Source: Lichenicola sp.
GTDB taxonomy: Bacteria; Acidobacteriota; Terriglobia; Terriglobales; Acidobacteriaceae
Assembly (NCBI GenBank): GCA_964658635.1
Contig: CAZZZP010000004.1
Span: 7,088-71,087, forward strand
Direction of reading: 5' to 3'
DNA: 64,000 nucleotides
Position numbers and translations under genes: made by a program. Within the stretch, counting starts at the first letter, position 1. Every line of letters starts with the position of its first letter. The notes under the pieces were generated by a model. It had not been told where the DNA came from, made no database searches, and was given only the letters and a program-made list of their open reading frames with translations. Positions 37,831 through 46,937 of this stretch are shown here, one piece after another.

Positions 37831-38685
37831 ATGCAGGTTTTCACTACGATCCAGTCTCTTCGGGACGCTATCCGCAGCTCTCGTCAGCAGCAACCGACGC
37901 CACAGGACGTGCAGGTTGGTCTTGTTCCCACGATGGGTGCGCTTCATGCGGGTCACCTGTCCCTCGTGGAACACGCCAGATCAGAATGCGGCATCGTCGT
38001 GGCAAGCCTCTTCGTCAATCCAACACAGTTCGTACCCGGCGAAGACTTCGAACGCTACCCGCGCCAATTTAGGCGCGACTTCGATCTTTTCGAGGGAGCG
38101 GGTGTGAACTTTCTCTTCTCCCCAGCCGTTGATGAGATGTACCCTACAGGCTCCACAACCTTGGTCGACGTCGGCGAGCTAGGCACACGGCTCGACGGAG
38201 CTTTCCGCCCTGGGCACTTTCGCGGGGTTGCGACGGTGGTTTCGAAGCTGTTCCACATTGCCTCGCCGGATCGGGCGTACTTCGGCCAGAAAGATGCCGC
38301 CCAAGTGGCGGTGCTCCGCCACTTGGTGCGCGATCTGAACTTCGACATCACGCTGGTCTCGTGCCCCATTGTGCGCGACCCTGATGGTCTCGCGATGAGT
38401 TCCCGCAACATTTACCTCAGCATGGAAGAGCGTGCGGCCGCTCTCGTCCTGCCGCGAACTCTCGAGCTTCTGCGCACCAGAATAGAAGACGGCAGAATCA
38501 GCGTTTCCGAATTGCTTCGGTTTGGCAAAGCAATTCTAGAGAGCAGTCCAGGCGTCATGATCGAGTACCTGGAAGCGGTAGACTCTGACACGCTTCTTCC
38601 CGTGGATTCGGCCCAGCCCGGCACCCTCTTTGCACTTGCCGCCAAGGTGGGTCGGACCAGGCTCATCGATAACTTTGTTGTCTGA
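37831..38685 (+). CDS. panC: pantoate-beta-alanine ligase
   Basis: 284 aa with VPTMGALHAGHLSL (HIGH-like) and FGQKDAAQ motifs. It lies directly after panB. Confidence 0.93.
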   Translation: MQVFTTIQSLRDAIRSSRQQQPTPQDVQVGLVPTMGALHAGHLSLVEHARSECGIVVASLFVNPTQFVPGEDFERYPRQFRRDFDLFEGAGVNFLFSPAVDEMYPTGSTTLVDVGELGTRLDGAFRPGHFRGVATVVSKLFHIASPDRAYFGQKDAAQVAVLRHLVRDLNFDITLVSCPIVRDPDGLAMSSRNIYLSMEERAAALVLPRTLELLRTRIEDGRISVSELLRFGKAILESSPGVMIEYLEAVDSDTLLPVDSAQPGTLFALAAKVGRTRLIDNFVV

Positions 38686-38810
38686 CCCCTCAGTATCCTT
38701 GACTTTCGGAGCGATGGGACGGACACTGCCCAGACAGGACTCCTGTTGCACAACCTGGTTTCCGGAGAACACAAAGCGTTCTTTCGCCCAGGGCTGCGGG
38801 AAGTGATCCG

Positions 38811-39245
38811 ATGGATAAATTGACCGACGGAACCGCAAGTCGATTGACTCTACACCTCGAATCGACGCTTACCAGCGTCGATAAAGTGGAGCAAATGGCC
38901 ATGGAATTTGCAAAAAAAGGCGGTTTCGATGATGACCTCGGGTCTAATATTGCGATGGTCGCGCGTGAAGCAGCAGTCAATGCAGTCGTACATGGCAACA
39001 AATATGACACCAGCAAATGGGTACAGGCTTCCTTTGAACTAACCCCCGCACAGCTTGTCATAAGGATCGCGGATCAGGGTCAAGGTTGCAACCCCGAGTC
39101 GATTCCAGACCCACTCGCTCCTGAAAATCTCATGCGTTCCTCCGGACGTGGCGTGTTCTTGATGAAGGCCTTTATGGATGAGGTACACTTTCGCCAGCTA
39201 GCACCCGGCACGGAGATCACACTCCTAAAGCGCCGACAGTCCTAG
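38811..39245 (+). CDS. anti-sigma-factor-type serine kinase (RsbW/SpoIIAB-like HATPase)
   Basis: 144 aa. The N-box-like EAAVNAVVHGN and the G-box DQGQGCNP...SGRGVFLMK are present. It is adjacent to a STAS-domain gene. Confidence 0.75.
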   Translation: MDKLTDGTASRLTLHLESTLTSVDKVEQMAMEFAKKGGFDDDLGSNIAMVAREAAVNAVVHGNKYDTSKWVQASFELTPAQLVIRIADQGQGCNPESIPDPLAPENLMRSSGRGVFLMKAFMDEVHFRQLAPGTEITLLKRRQS

Positions 39246-39289
39246 CGAGAAACTGAAAGCCCCAAGGTACGGACAAGGAGACTGGACTG

Positions 39290-39634
39290 ATGAGCATGAA
39301 ATACAACACACGGCTGGTGGATGGGGTGACGATTCTAGACCTCAGCGGACGCATTACCCTCGGTGAGGGCAGCGTTACCCTGCGCGACGCCGTCAAGGAG
39401 GTCCTTTCAAAAGGATCCAAGAAGATTCTTTTGAATCTGGGCGACGTCGACTATATCGACAGCTCCGGCCTTGGAGAGCTTGTTTCCGCCTACACGTCGG
39501 TGAAGAACGCCGGCGGCGAGTTGAAGCTCCTGCAGTTGACCAAGAAGGTCCACGATCTCCTGCAGATCACAAAGCTCTACACGGTCTTCGACGTAAAGGA
39601 CGATGAAGCTTCCGCCATTGGCTCTTTCGCATAG
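39290..39634 (+). CDS. STAS-domain anti-sigma-factor antagonist (SpoIIAA/RsbV-like)
   Basis: 114 aa with the canonical phosphorylatable-serine context DYIDSSGLGELV. Confidence 0.85.
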   Translation: MSMKYNTRLVDGVTILDLSGRITLGEGSVTLRDAVKEVLSKGSKKILLNLGDVDYIDSSGLGELVSAYTSVKNAGGELKLLQLTKKVHDLLQITKLYTVFDVKDDEASAIGSFA

Positions 39635-39650
39635 GCAGTCGCAATGCAAC

Positions 39651-39680
39651 TTACCCCGGAAGCAGATGCTTCCGGGGTAA
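39651..39680. terminator. bidirectional terminator-like hairpin between convergent genes
   Basis: A 13-bp perfect stem, TTACCCCGGAAGC / GCTTCCGGGGTAA, has a 4-nt loop. It is followed by AGTTTTCCC on the + strand. Confidence 0.65.
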
Positions 39681-39692
39681 AGTTTTCCCGAA

Positions 39693-40601
39693 CTATGCTA
39701 AGAGAATCACCTTTCCGATGCCGCCTTTTTGGGCTGCGGCCTGACCTTCGCCGGCGTCGCACAGCGGAATCATACGGTCGGTCGGAATCTCAAGTCTTTT
39801 ATCCCGCACATCTTCCGCGAGCTTGATCATCTTTGCCGGATCCGGAACGCACATGACGGGCACTACCTTCACCTTCGGGTGCATGACGGCATTCGCCGGG
39901 GGCCCCAACACACTGGCGAAGACTCCGCCCGGGGTGACCTTGCCCAGCAACTTCTCCGCCGTATCGTGGCCGACTGCGTCTGCGACTGCGTCAATAAGTC
40001 CAAGCTTCTCCATGGCGGCTTCATCGTCAAGAGCAATGACCTGATCGGCGTGAAGGGCCTGCGCCTGCTCAAGCTGCTTTTTACGCACACCTGCGATGAC
40101 GTTTGCGCCAGCATCCTTCGCCGTTCGGATGGCTGATCGACCTACACCTCCGAGCGCTCCGGCAACTAGCACTGTCTGGCCCTTCTGGATGCCGGTACCG
40201 ACGCGAATCAATTGTTCGCCCGTAAGTGTGACCAACGGGAGAGACCCAGCCTTGATGAGGTCCAGACCTTCCGGAACTCTGGCCAGATCGCTTGCCTTTA
40301 CGACACATAACTCGGCGTAAGTCTTGTTCGCAAGGGCAAAGACCCGGTCCCCAGGTGCGAAGTTCGAGACACCCGCGCCAACCGAGCGCACCACGCCAGA
40401 AACATCACGGCCCAGAATTCCCGGGAATTCTACCGGGAAGCGTGACTGTGCCTCTCCAGACCGCATCTTCCAGTCCACAGGGTTGATGCTCACCGCGGCA
40501 ACGTGTACAAGCACCTCGCCCGAACCGGCCACCGGATCTTCTACATCCTCATACTTCAGCTTGTCAGGTCCGCCATACTCATGCAGCACAACTGCCTTCA
40601 T
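39693..40601 (-). CDS. NADP-dependent oxidoreductase, zinc-free MDR / quinone-oxidoreductase family
   Basis: The ORF spans 39693..40619, and I chose the start at ATG 40601 (MKAVVLHEYGGPDKL...). The cofactor loop VLVAGALGGVGRSAIRTAK is present. Confidence 0.85.
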   Translation of the reverse strand: MKAVVLHEYGGPDKLKYEDVEDPVAGSGEVLVHVAAVSINPVDWKMRSGEAQSRFPVEFPGILGRDVSGVVRSVGAGVSNFAPGDRVFALANKTYAELCVVKASDLARVPEGLDLIKAGSLPLVTLTGEQLIRVGTGIQKGQTVLVAGALGGVGRSAIRTAKDAGANVIAGVRKKQLEQAQALHADQVIALDDEAAMEKLGLIDAVADAVGHDTAEKLLGKVTPGGVFASVLGPPANAVMHPKVKVVPVMCVPDPAKMIKLAEDVRDKRLEIPTDRMIPLCDAGEGQAAAQKGGIGKVILLA

Positions 40602-40629
40602 CGCGTGTCCTCCAACCAAGAGCTTTCCG

Positions 40630-41154
40630 TTACGCCGGTTGGATGCGACTCTTTGGCGCGGAGGTCTCCAGAGCTGCGGCTAGGCGGTCCGTGTCGCTGG
40701 GAATATAGCGCTCCCAGTCGTCACTTTCAGCGATACGCTTGAGCAGGTAGAACCTTTTCAACATCAGGTCTAGAACATGCGGCACAACAATTTTGCGGCC
40801 TACCTGATGGCCCAAGAACCCTACTGGCAGCGAGAAGCGCACGATGTCCCTCATGAGGGTATGTCCGTCAACGTATTCAAAGAAGTGATCGTGCTGAAAC
40901 GTCTTGAACATGCCACGTCCCATGGTGTCCTGAAAGAAGTTCGGCCGGTCGTACTCGGTAATAAGTGTCTGGTGCGCGGCAGGCAGGCCAAACTTTATGC
41001 CGCGCCACCAGAGCATGTCACCCTTTTGAATCAGGCCATCCTTGATCGAAGGAGTAAGCTTGATCGTTTGGCGCACTAATTCAATACTCGTGGAGAGCAA
41101 AAAGCAGCGCTCAAGCGGCGCATCCACATGGATGCTTTCCTTCAGTCGGAACAA
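40630..41154 (-). CDS. SRPBCC (START/cyclase-dehydrase-like) family protein
   Basis: 174 aa with a TTG start. The pattern (IHVDAPLERCFLLSTSIELV ... FQHDHFFE...) is typical of the SRPBCC fold. It is tightly spaced with its flanking same-strand genes. Confidence 0.7.
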   Translation of the reverse strand: MFRLKESIHVDAPLERCFLLSTSIELVRQTIKLTPSIKDGLIQKGDMLWWRGIKFGLPAAHQTLITEYDRPNFFQDTMGRGMFKTFQHDHFFEYVDGHTLMRDIVRFSLPVGFLGHQVGRKIVVPHVLDLMLKRFYLLKRIAESDDWERYIPSDTDRLAAALETSAPKSRIQPA

Positions 41155-41169
41155 GGTTCAAATCTCTCC

Positions 41170-41589
41170 TTAGGAGTTATACGTGTTTTTTGGGCTGCGA
41201 GTGGCGGTAACGACCTGATCTTCATTCGTTACTTCAATATCGGCTGCCTGATGTAACTTCAGCACTTCGATTGCGCGGTCAGCATCCTGTTGCGAGCTTA
41301 CCGATAGAGTCAGCAGGGCGCCTCCGTTCGCATCTCCCTCACTGCCTGTACCTTCCAGCAGATCGTGCTTACCAAGAAGAGCATTCACGGCACTTCCGAT
41401 CTTTTCCTCGAAGCCGGCGAAGCCTTTTTCTCCCTCTGTGCCGATCTCGAGTTGCGCATCCTCCGGTGGCTCCTGCACAATCCGATTCGCCATCAGAACC
41501 ATGTCCTGCCGATTGAAACCATGTTCAACCAACCGCTCCCGCATTGAATCTGCGATATCACGCGTTGCAAACGTCGCCAGTACCCGCAT
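41170..41589 (-). CDS. hypothetical acidic small protein (possible general-stress-protein-like domain)
   Basis: 139 aa. The N-terminal FATRDIADSMRERLVEHGFNRQDMVL and C-terminal GGALLTLSVSSQQDADRAIEVLKLH resemble a beta-alpha-beta stress-protein architecture. This is a by-eye judgement only. Confidence 0.55.
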   Translation of the reverse strand: MRVLATFATRDIADSMRERLVEHGFNRQDMVLMANRIVQEPPEDAQLEIGTEGEKGFAGFEEKIGSAVNALLGKHDLLEGTGSEGDANGGALLTLSVSSQQDADRAIEVLKLHQAADIEVTNEDQVVTATRSPKNTYNS

Positions 41590-41648
41590 CCTTAGTCTCC
41601 TTATCTTCGGACGTTAGATGCAGATGCTGGCGACGGGTTTTCGTTCGC

Positions 41649-43751
41649 TTATAGTGTGGCAGCACGCGTGTTACGGAGATTTGTACAGCGATCCAGGAAC
41701 ACCTGAAGCGGCACACCGCCCTCGTCCCCCTTGCCGCGAACACGGACACTGACTGATCCGGTGTTTGCTTCCTTATCGCCCAGGATCAGAATGAAGGGCA
41801 CCTTGGCCGTGGCAAAGTCGCGAATCTTGGCCTTCATCACATCGTTCCGCTCATCCAGTTCCACCCGAAGCCCTGCAGCTTCGAGCTTATTCTTCACGCT
41901 GCGTGCATACTCAAGATGCTTCTCCGAGATCGGCACCAGGCCAACCTGTACCGGCGAAAGCCAGAGCGGGAAAGCACCAGCATAGTGCTCGATCAGGACG
42001 CCAAAAAAGCGCTCGACTGAGCCGAAAAGTGCGCGATGCACCATCACAGGCTGGTGGAGTTCGCCATCTTCTCCCTTGTAGGTCAACTCAAACCGTTTAG
42101 GCAGGTTGAAGTCGAACTGTACGGTCGACAACTGCCACAGACGGCCGAGTACGTCGACCAGCTTGATGTCGATCTTAGGTCCATAAAATGCGCCCTCACC
42201 AGGAATCGCCCGGAAGGCAACGCCTCGGCTGGTCAGCACATGCTTCAAGGCCGATTCCGCCTTCTCCCAATCGGCGGCTTCACCCACGAACTCGCCCGCT
42301 TTGTTGGGATCGCGCATTGACAGTTCAACGCGATACTCCCTGAAACCAAAGGTGTGGAGCACTGCCTCCGCGAAGTCGAGACACGCCTCAATCTCGCTGC
42401 CGATCTGGTCTGGTGTGCAGAAGATGTGAGCATCATCCTGCGTGAAGCCACGCACGCGCAGAAGGCCATGCATGGTGCCCGAACGCTCGTACCGGTACAC
42501 GTTCCCGAGTTCGGCATATCGAACGGGCAGATCGCGATAGCTCTTTGGCGTGTTCTTGTAGATAAGGATGTGACCCGGGCAGTTCATCGGCTTCAGCCTG
42601 TACTCGGCGTCGTCAAGCTCCATCGGAGGGTACATGTTCTCGGAGTAAAAACCCTCGTGTCCGGAGGTCTTCCAAAGTTCGCGGCGCATGATGTGCGGTG
42701 TGTAGACCATGTCGTAGCCGCGTCGAATGCACTCCTCGCGCATCCAGTCTTCCATCGTCTTGCGGATGAGCCCGCCCTTGGGGTGCCAGAAGATGAGACC
42801 GGCGCCGGCGACCTCCTGGATGGAGAACAGGTCGAGCTGCTTGCCCAATACGCGGTGATCACGTGCCTTGATCTCTTCTAGCCGCGCGAAGTGTGCCTTG
42901 AGATCTTTTTCGTTGAAGAAGGCCGTACCATAGATGCGCTGCAACTGCTGGTTGTTCTCGTCGCCAAGCCAATAGGCGCCGGCGACGCTCGTGACCTTGA
43001 AGGCCTTGACGCGACCCGTCGAAGGCACATGCGGACCACGACAGAAGTCTGTGAACGCGCCATTGCGATAGAGCGAGATCTCGTCCCCTGGTTGGGTAAA
43101 CTTCTCGATGAAGTAAACCTTCATAAACTCGCCAGCGTTCTCGTAGTCCTCGAGGCCCTTCTCGCGCGGCTCCACCTCACGCACAAACGGCTCGTCACGA
43201 GTCACCACCTCCGCCATCCGGACCTCGATAGCCGCTAGGTCTGCGTCGGTAAAAGGATTCTCTCGGTAAACGTCATAGAAGAAACCCTGGTCAGTCGCTG
43301 GTCCGTGGCCAAGTTTGGTTTCGGGAAAGAGCTCGAGAATTGCGGTCGCCATGACGTGCGCAGCGGAGTGACGAACCACCTTCAGCGCGGCCTCATCCTG
43401 CTCTTTCAAAAGCCAGAGCTCGACATCCTCCGTCAAAGGCGTCGACAGGTCGACAATCTTTTCCGCTCGCGGGTCGCCCGCACCGTACATCGTCTCCGTG
43501 GAGCTGGCATCCTTCTCATCGGGCGTGTCGTCCTCCCCGCCCTCCGCCAGGTTGATATCCAGCCCGGCCATGGGCCGGATGCGCGCAACAACGACAGCGG
43601 ACGCGAGTCGCGGTGAGATAGAGGTGGCGATCTCAAGCGGCGTGGTGCCCTGTGCTACTTCGCGGATGCTGCCATCGGGAAGCTGCACCCGGATTGTGCT
43701 TTCGACTGCCAAACTGTTCATTCGTTCGCATCCTTCGCTTGCATTGGCCAT
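41649..43751 (-). CDS. thrS: threonine-tRNA ligase
   Basis: 700 aa. It has a TGS domain (IRVQLPDGSIREV), an editing-domain HSAAHVMA motif, class II motifs (FRDLPVRYAELGNVYRYE, GFTQDDAHIFC, RALFGSVERF) and an anticodon-binding C-terminus. The alternative start is ATG 43721. Confidence 0.93.
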   Translation of the reverse strand: MANASEGCERMNSLAVESTIRVQLPDGSIREVAQGTTPLEIATSISPRLASAVVVARIRPMAGLDINLAEGGEDDTPDEKDASSTETMYGAGDPRAEKIVDLSTPLTEDVELWLLKEQDEAALKVVRHSAAHVMATAILELFPETKLGHGPATDQGFFYDVYRENPFTDADLAAIEVRMAEVVTRDEPFVREVEPREKGLEDYENAGEFMKVYFIEKFTQPGDEISLYRNGAFTDFCRGPHVPSTGRVKAFKVTSVAGAYWLGDENNQQLQRIYGTAFFNEKDLKAHFARLEEIKARDHRVLGKQLDLFSIQEVAGAGLIFWHPKGGLIRKTMEDWMREECIRRGYDMVYTPHIMRRELWKTSGHEGFYSENMYPPMELDDAEYRLKPMNCPGHILIYKNTPKSYRDLPVRYAELGNVYRYERSGTMHGLLRVRGFTQDDAHIFCTPDQIGSEIEACLDFAEAVLHTFGFREYRVELSMRDPNKAGEFVGEAADWEKAESALKHVLTSRGVAFRAIPGEGAFYGPKIDIKLVDVLGRLWQLSTVQFDFNLPKRFELTYKGEDGELHQPVMVHRALFGSVERFFGVLIEHYAGAFPLWLSPVQVGLVPISEKHLEYARSVKNKLEAAGLRVELDERNDVMKAKIRDFATAKVPFILILGDKEANTGSVSVRVRGKGDEGGVPLQVFLDRCTNLRNTRAATL

Positions 43752-43977
43752 GGGGTGCGCCTACATCAGCAGATTCCAGCATAGTTGGTTTCTGCCAGCG
43801 TCACCAAGCCAAGCTTTATGCACCTCTGCCTGTCTTGAGCGCGGACAATCATCTGCGCGAACAATCACCTGATCGAGCTACGGTGAGAGGCAGAAGAGCG
43901 ATTGCCAGGTACCTGACAAAATCTTACCCTCGTTACCAAATTGTTTCTTCCGCCTTCGCGGAACCGAAAGGCATCCC

Positions 43978-44253
43978 ATGGATATGCAGGTACTTTGTAA
44001 ACTTTCCAACACCGTCAGCGATGTTCGCTGTAAGGTTTGCGGCCAAGGCTTTCTCGTTTACTGGTCTCGTACGTCTCTAGCTGAACAGGAAGACACCAGA
44101 CGCAAGGTCGTTGATGCACTCGAAACACAGCATGCGACTTCCACTTCTGTCGATGTTCACCCGCGCAGCGGCTTTAACGTTCCAGCCTGGGAAGGCCACG
44201 CTCGTTTTTCCGGGGCAGCTCTGCTCGGCGGAGCCGAGACCTGGTCGATCTAG
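43978..44253 (+). CDS. hypothetical small Cys-containing protein
   Basis: 91 aa, divergent from thrS, with AAGG ~8 nt upstream of the ATG. It has C-x10-C-x2-C near the N-terminus. I recognised no family, and the coding status is not secure. Confidence 0.35.
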   Translation: MDMQVLCKLSNTVSDVRCKVCGQGFLVYWSRTSLAEQEDTRRKVVDALETQHATSTSVDVHPRSGFNVPAWEGHARFSGAALLGGAETWSI

Positions 44254-44407
44254 CAACTCAGGACAGCCTAACGGGAACCTCACAGTCGACCAATCGGGTT
44301 ATTTCTACATCGAAATATTTTTCTTCGAACTATACGAATCAGTTCAGGTGGGTGTGCCATCTCAGAGAAGGCTGTCATACAGCCTAATTCCGTGTTAAGG
44401 AACTCTC

Positions 44408-45022
44408 ATGCCAAGTCTGCTCTCCATCCTCGCCAGCCCACGCGGCGAATCCTCCATCTCCACCGCGCTTACTGCGGTCTTCGTCGAAGAGTGGAAGAAG
44501 AACCACAGCGGCGGAAACGTCGTTACCCGTGACCTTTATAAGACAGAGCTCCCTTTCGTCGACCTACCTTGGATCGCAGGCGCTTACACCCCTCCCGAAC
44601 AACACTCGGCCGAGATTAAGAAGGCGATCGCGATCTCCGACTCGTTGATTGCGGAGCTTGAGGCTACCGACCACATCGTTATTGGGACGCCCATGTATAA
44701 CTTCAACGCGCCCGCCATTCTTAAGGCCTACATTGACCACATCGTGCGAATCAATAGAACCTTCACGGCAAGCTATGAAGGCCTGCTCAAGAACAAGAAG
44801 GTCACGCTCATCATCGCGTCAGGGGGTGAATATGGTCCAGGTTCACACCTAGAAAGCTACAACGCAGAATCCGCGTACTTGAAGCAGATCCTTGGCTTCA
44901 TTGGCCTGACCGACGTAAATATCGTGCTCGCCGGTGGAACCAGCGGAGTGGACATGGGTAAGACTTCGCGAGAAGACTTGCTCTCCACGTTCACCGACCA
45001 GATCGCAGCGGCCGCCAGGTAG
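44408..45022 (+). CDS. azoR: FMN-dependent NADH-azoreductase
   Basis: 204 aa. The N-terminal LSILASPRGESSIS and the motif IVIGTPMYNFNAPAILKAYIDHIVR are typical of AzoR/AcpD. Confidence 0.88.
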   Translation: MPSLLSILASPRGESSISTALTAVFVEEWKKNHSGGNVVTRDLYKTELPFVDLPWIAGAYTPPEQHSAEIKKAIAISDSLIAELEATDHIVIGTPMYNFNAPAILKAYIDHIVRINRTFTASYEGLLKNKKVTLIIASGGEYGPGSHLESYNAESAYLKQILGFIGLTDVNIVLAGGTSGVDMGKTSREDLLSTFTDQIAAAAR

Positions 45023-45042
45023 TTCCGGCGGACTACGGAGAG

Positions 45043-45074
45043 GCCGTCCGGCCGCTCATGCGAATTCGGACGGC
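45043..45074 (+). terminator. hairpin downstream of azoR
   Basis: An 8-bp stem, GCCGTCCG / CGGACGGC, has a 16-nt loop and is followed by TATTTCTTAT. The long loop makes this a weak call. Confidence 0.45.
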
Positions 45075-45196
45075 TATTTCTTATGGCCGTCCGCTCCCTT
45101 GTGGACACCGGTGCTCATCGCAGCCATGCAGGGAGCGGTCACCATCACCAGGAACATCATTACAATCACGAGATCGTGTAACATTCTCATCTTCAT
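45074..45196 (-). CDS. candidate 38-40 aa hydrophobic micro-protein (speculative)
   Basis: My own reading of the - strand gives ATGAAGATGAGAATG... encoding MKMRMLHDLVIVMMFLVMVTAPCMAAMSTGVHKGADGHKK, with stop TAG. GGAGAAGG lies immediately upstream. It is too short for the ORF track and has no homology support. Confidence 0.2.
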   Translation of the reverse strand: MKMRMLHDLVIVMMFLVMVTAPCMAAMSTGVHKGADGHKK

Positions 45197-45318
45197 CCTT
45201 CTCCAGCGTTATTCATTCTCCGCACCTCTCGTTTATCGTCCCGGAAATTTCGCCTACTAGCAGCTGACACGGCGCCGACATTCGTTCGTACCGTGACCTT
45301 TCGCCATAGAATGGTCAT

Positions 45319-46833
45319 ATGAATTACGCCGAAGCCACCGCACACCTGTTTGCCCTGGCTCCGGAGCTCGCAATCGCCAGTGCCGACGGCGACGGCGTCG
45401 TCGTCGAACCCCGCAGGAAGTTCGACCTCGCTCACATGAGGATTCTTTCGACAGCGCTGGGAGACCCCCACCTGCGCGTCCCGTCGGTGCTGATCGCCGG
45501 CACCAACGGCAAGGGATCTACCGCCGCAACGCTGGCTTCCATCCTGACCGCTGCGGGATACCGGACAGGACTTTACACTAGTCCGCACCTCAGCCGCGTC
45601 AATGAGCGTATACAGCTTGCCCATAGTGTCCTGCCTAGCAAAGATGGCCCAAGCTCCGTCTTCGGGAGCGATGGTCCTCTCCGGCTTGGAAGCATCATCG
45701 ACGAGGACTTCGCCCGACTTTACACTCTCGTGGAAGACGTAGCGCAACGTCTCGTCGCCACAGGTGACTTGCCCCAGGCACCAAGTTTCTTCGAGCGTGT
45801 CACCATGCTCGCCTTCCTCTACTTTGCTGGTGCCGATCTGCCTTGGGGCACTCCACGTGCAGACGTACTGGTTCTCGAGGTCGGACTGGGCGGCCGTCTG
45901 GATGCAACAAACATCGTTGAGCCACAAATCTCCGTCCTGACCGACATCGCACTCGATCATCAGGACTACCTGGGCGACACCATCACGGCGATCGCTCGAG
46001 AGAAGTGCGGCATACTCCGCCAGGGTGGAGTCGTCGTCACCCTCGCGCAACATCCCGAGGCGAACCAGGTCATCGGCCTGACAGCCGAGCGACTCAATGT
46101 GCGTGGGGTTGACGCAGCCGCATACCTACCACCGGCCCAGCGGAACACGCCGGAAAGACCGGGGTCAGTCGACGGCGTCCTTCGAAATCGCTATGACCTT
46201 GTTCTGACCGATGCAGTTGAACCCGGACTGCTCTCGGTGGATTCTCCGCTCTCTGGTCTTCACCAGCAGCGCAATATAGCGCTCGCAATCGCATGCGCTG
46301 TCACGCTACGTGACAGTTTTAGTTACAAAATCAAAAATGCCGCGCTGGAAAGGGGAATTTGGGAAACCTGCTGGCCAGGCCGGCTCGAATTTATAGCACC
46401 GAATTTGTTACTTGATGTTGCCCATAATCCGGCAGGCGCCTGGACCCTTCGATCTGCGATAGCGTCTCTGCCCGAAAAACAATCGCGTACGATCATTTTT
46501 TCATGCTTGAAAGATAAAGCCCTCGGCGAGATGACAAGGATCCTCTTCCCGCTCTTTGACAGTTCACCCGGTGGTGATCCATTGCGGGCAGAGGACCACA
46601 TCATACTGGCTCCCATCCCCAATCCACGGGCAGCGTCACTTGACGCTTTGATCGCCGCCAGCCTGGATGCCGGAGTTCCGGCGCACACCGCGCCGACACT
46701 TGAGAAGGCCTTCGAACTCGCACGAGAGATCACTCCAGAAGATGGCATCATCATTGCCACAGGCTCGGTCTACCTTGTCGGCGAATTGCGACAACTTGCG
46801 ATGACAAATTCAGCCGTCGAGGTGCACGCCTGA
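45319..46833 (+). CDS. folC: bifunctional folylpolyglutamate synthase / dihydrofolate synthase
   Basis: 504 aa. It has the Mur-ligase P-loop IAGTNGKGSTAATLASIL plus YTSPHLSRVNERI and DVAHNPAGA motifs. Confidence 0.9.
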   Translation: MNYAEATAHLFALAPELAIASADGDGVVVEPRRKFDLAHMRILSTALGDPHLRVPSVLIAGTNGKGSTAATLASILTAAGYRTGLYTSPHLSRVNERIQLAHSVLPSKDGPSSVFGSDGPLRLGSIIDEDFARLYTLVEDVAQRLVATGDLPQAPSFFERVTMLAFLYFAGADLPWGTPRADVLVLEVGLGGRLDATNIVEPQISVLTDIALDHQDYLGDTITAIAREKCGILRQGGVVVTLAQHPEANQVIGLTAERLNVRGVDAAAYLPPAQRNTPERPGSVDGVLRNRYDLVLTDAVEPGLLSVDSPLSGLHQQRNIALAIACAVTLRDSFSYKIKNAALERGIWETCWPGRLEFIAPNLLLDVAHNPAGAWTLRSAIASLPEKQSRTIIFSCLKDKALGEMTRILFPLFDSSPGGDPLRAEDHIILAPIPNPRAASLDALIAASLDAGVPAHTAPTLEKAFELAREITPEDGIIIATGSVYLVGELRQLAMTNSAVEVHA

Positions 46834-46937
46834 GATCGACAGAGCTGCCACCCGGGAGTACGGAGACCTCGCAAAAGAGGAGCCGTACGCCCGTTCTCCG
46901 TTGGCTCACATATCTACTCCTGATACCTCTCATAGCT

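Noticed and set aside
41155-41164. GGTTCAAATC, resembling a tRNA T-loop
   Set aside because: No acceptor, D or anticodon arm can be folded around it. It spans the start region of the SRPBCC gene. I found no tRNA, rRNA, tmRNA or RNase P RNA anywhere in the window.
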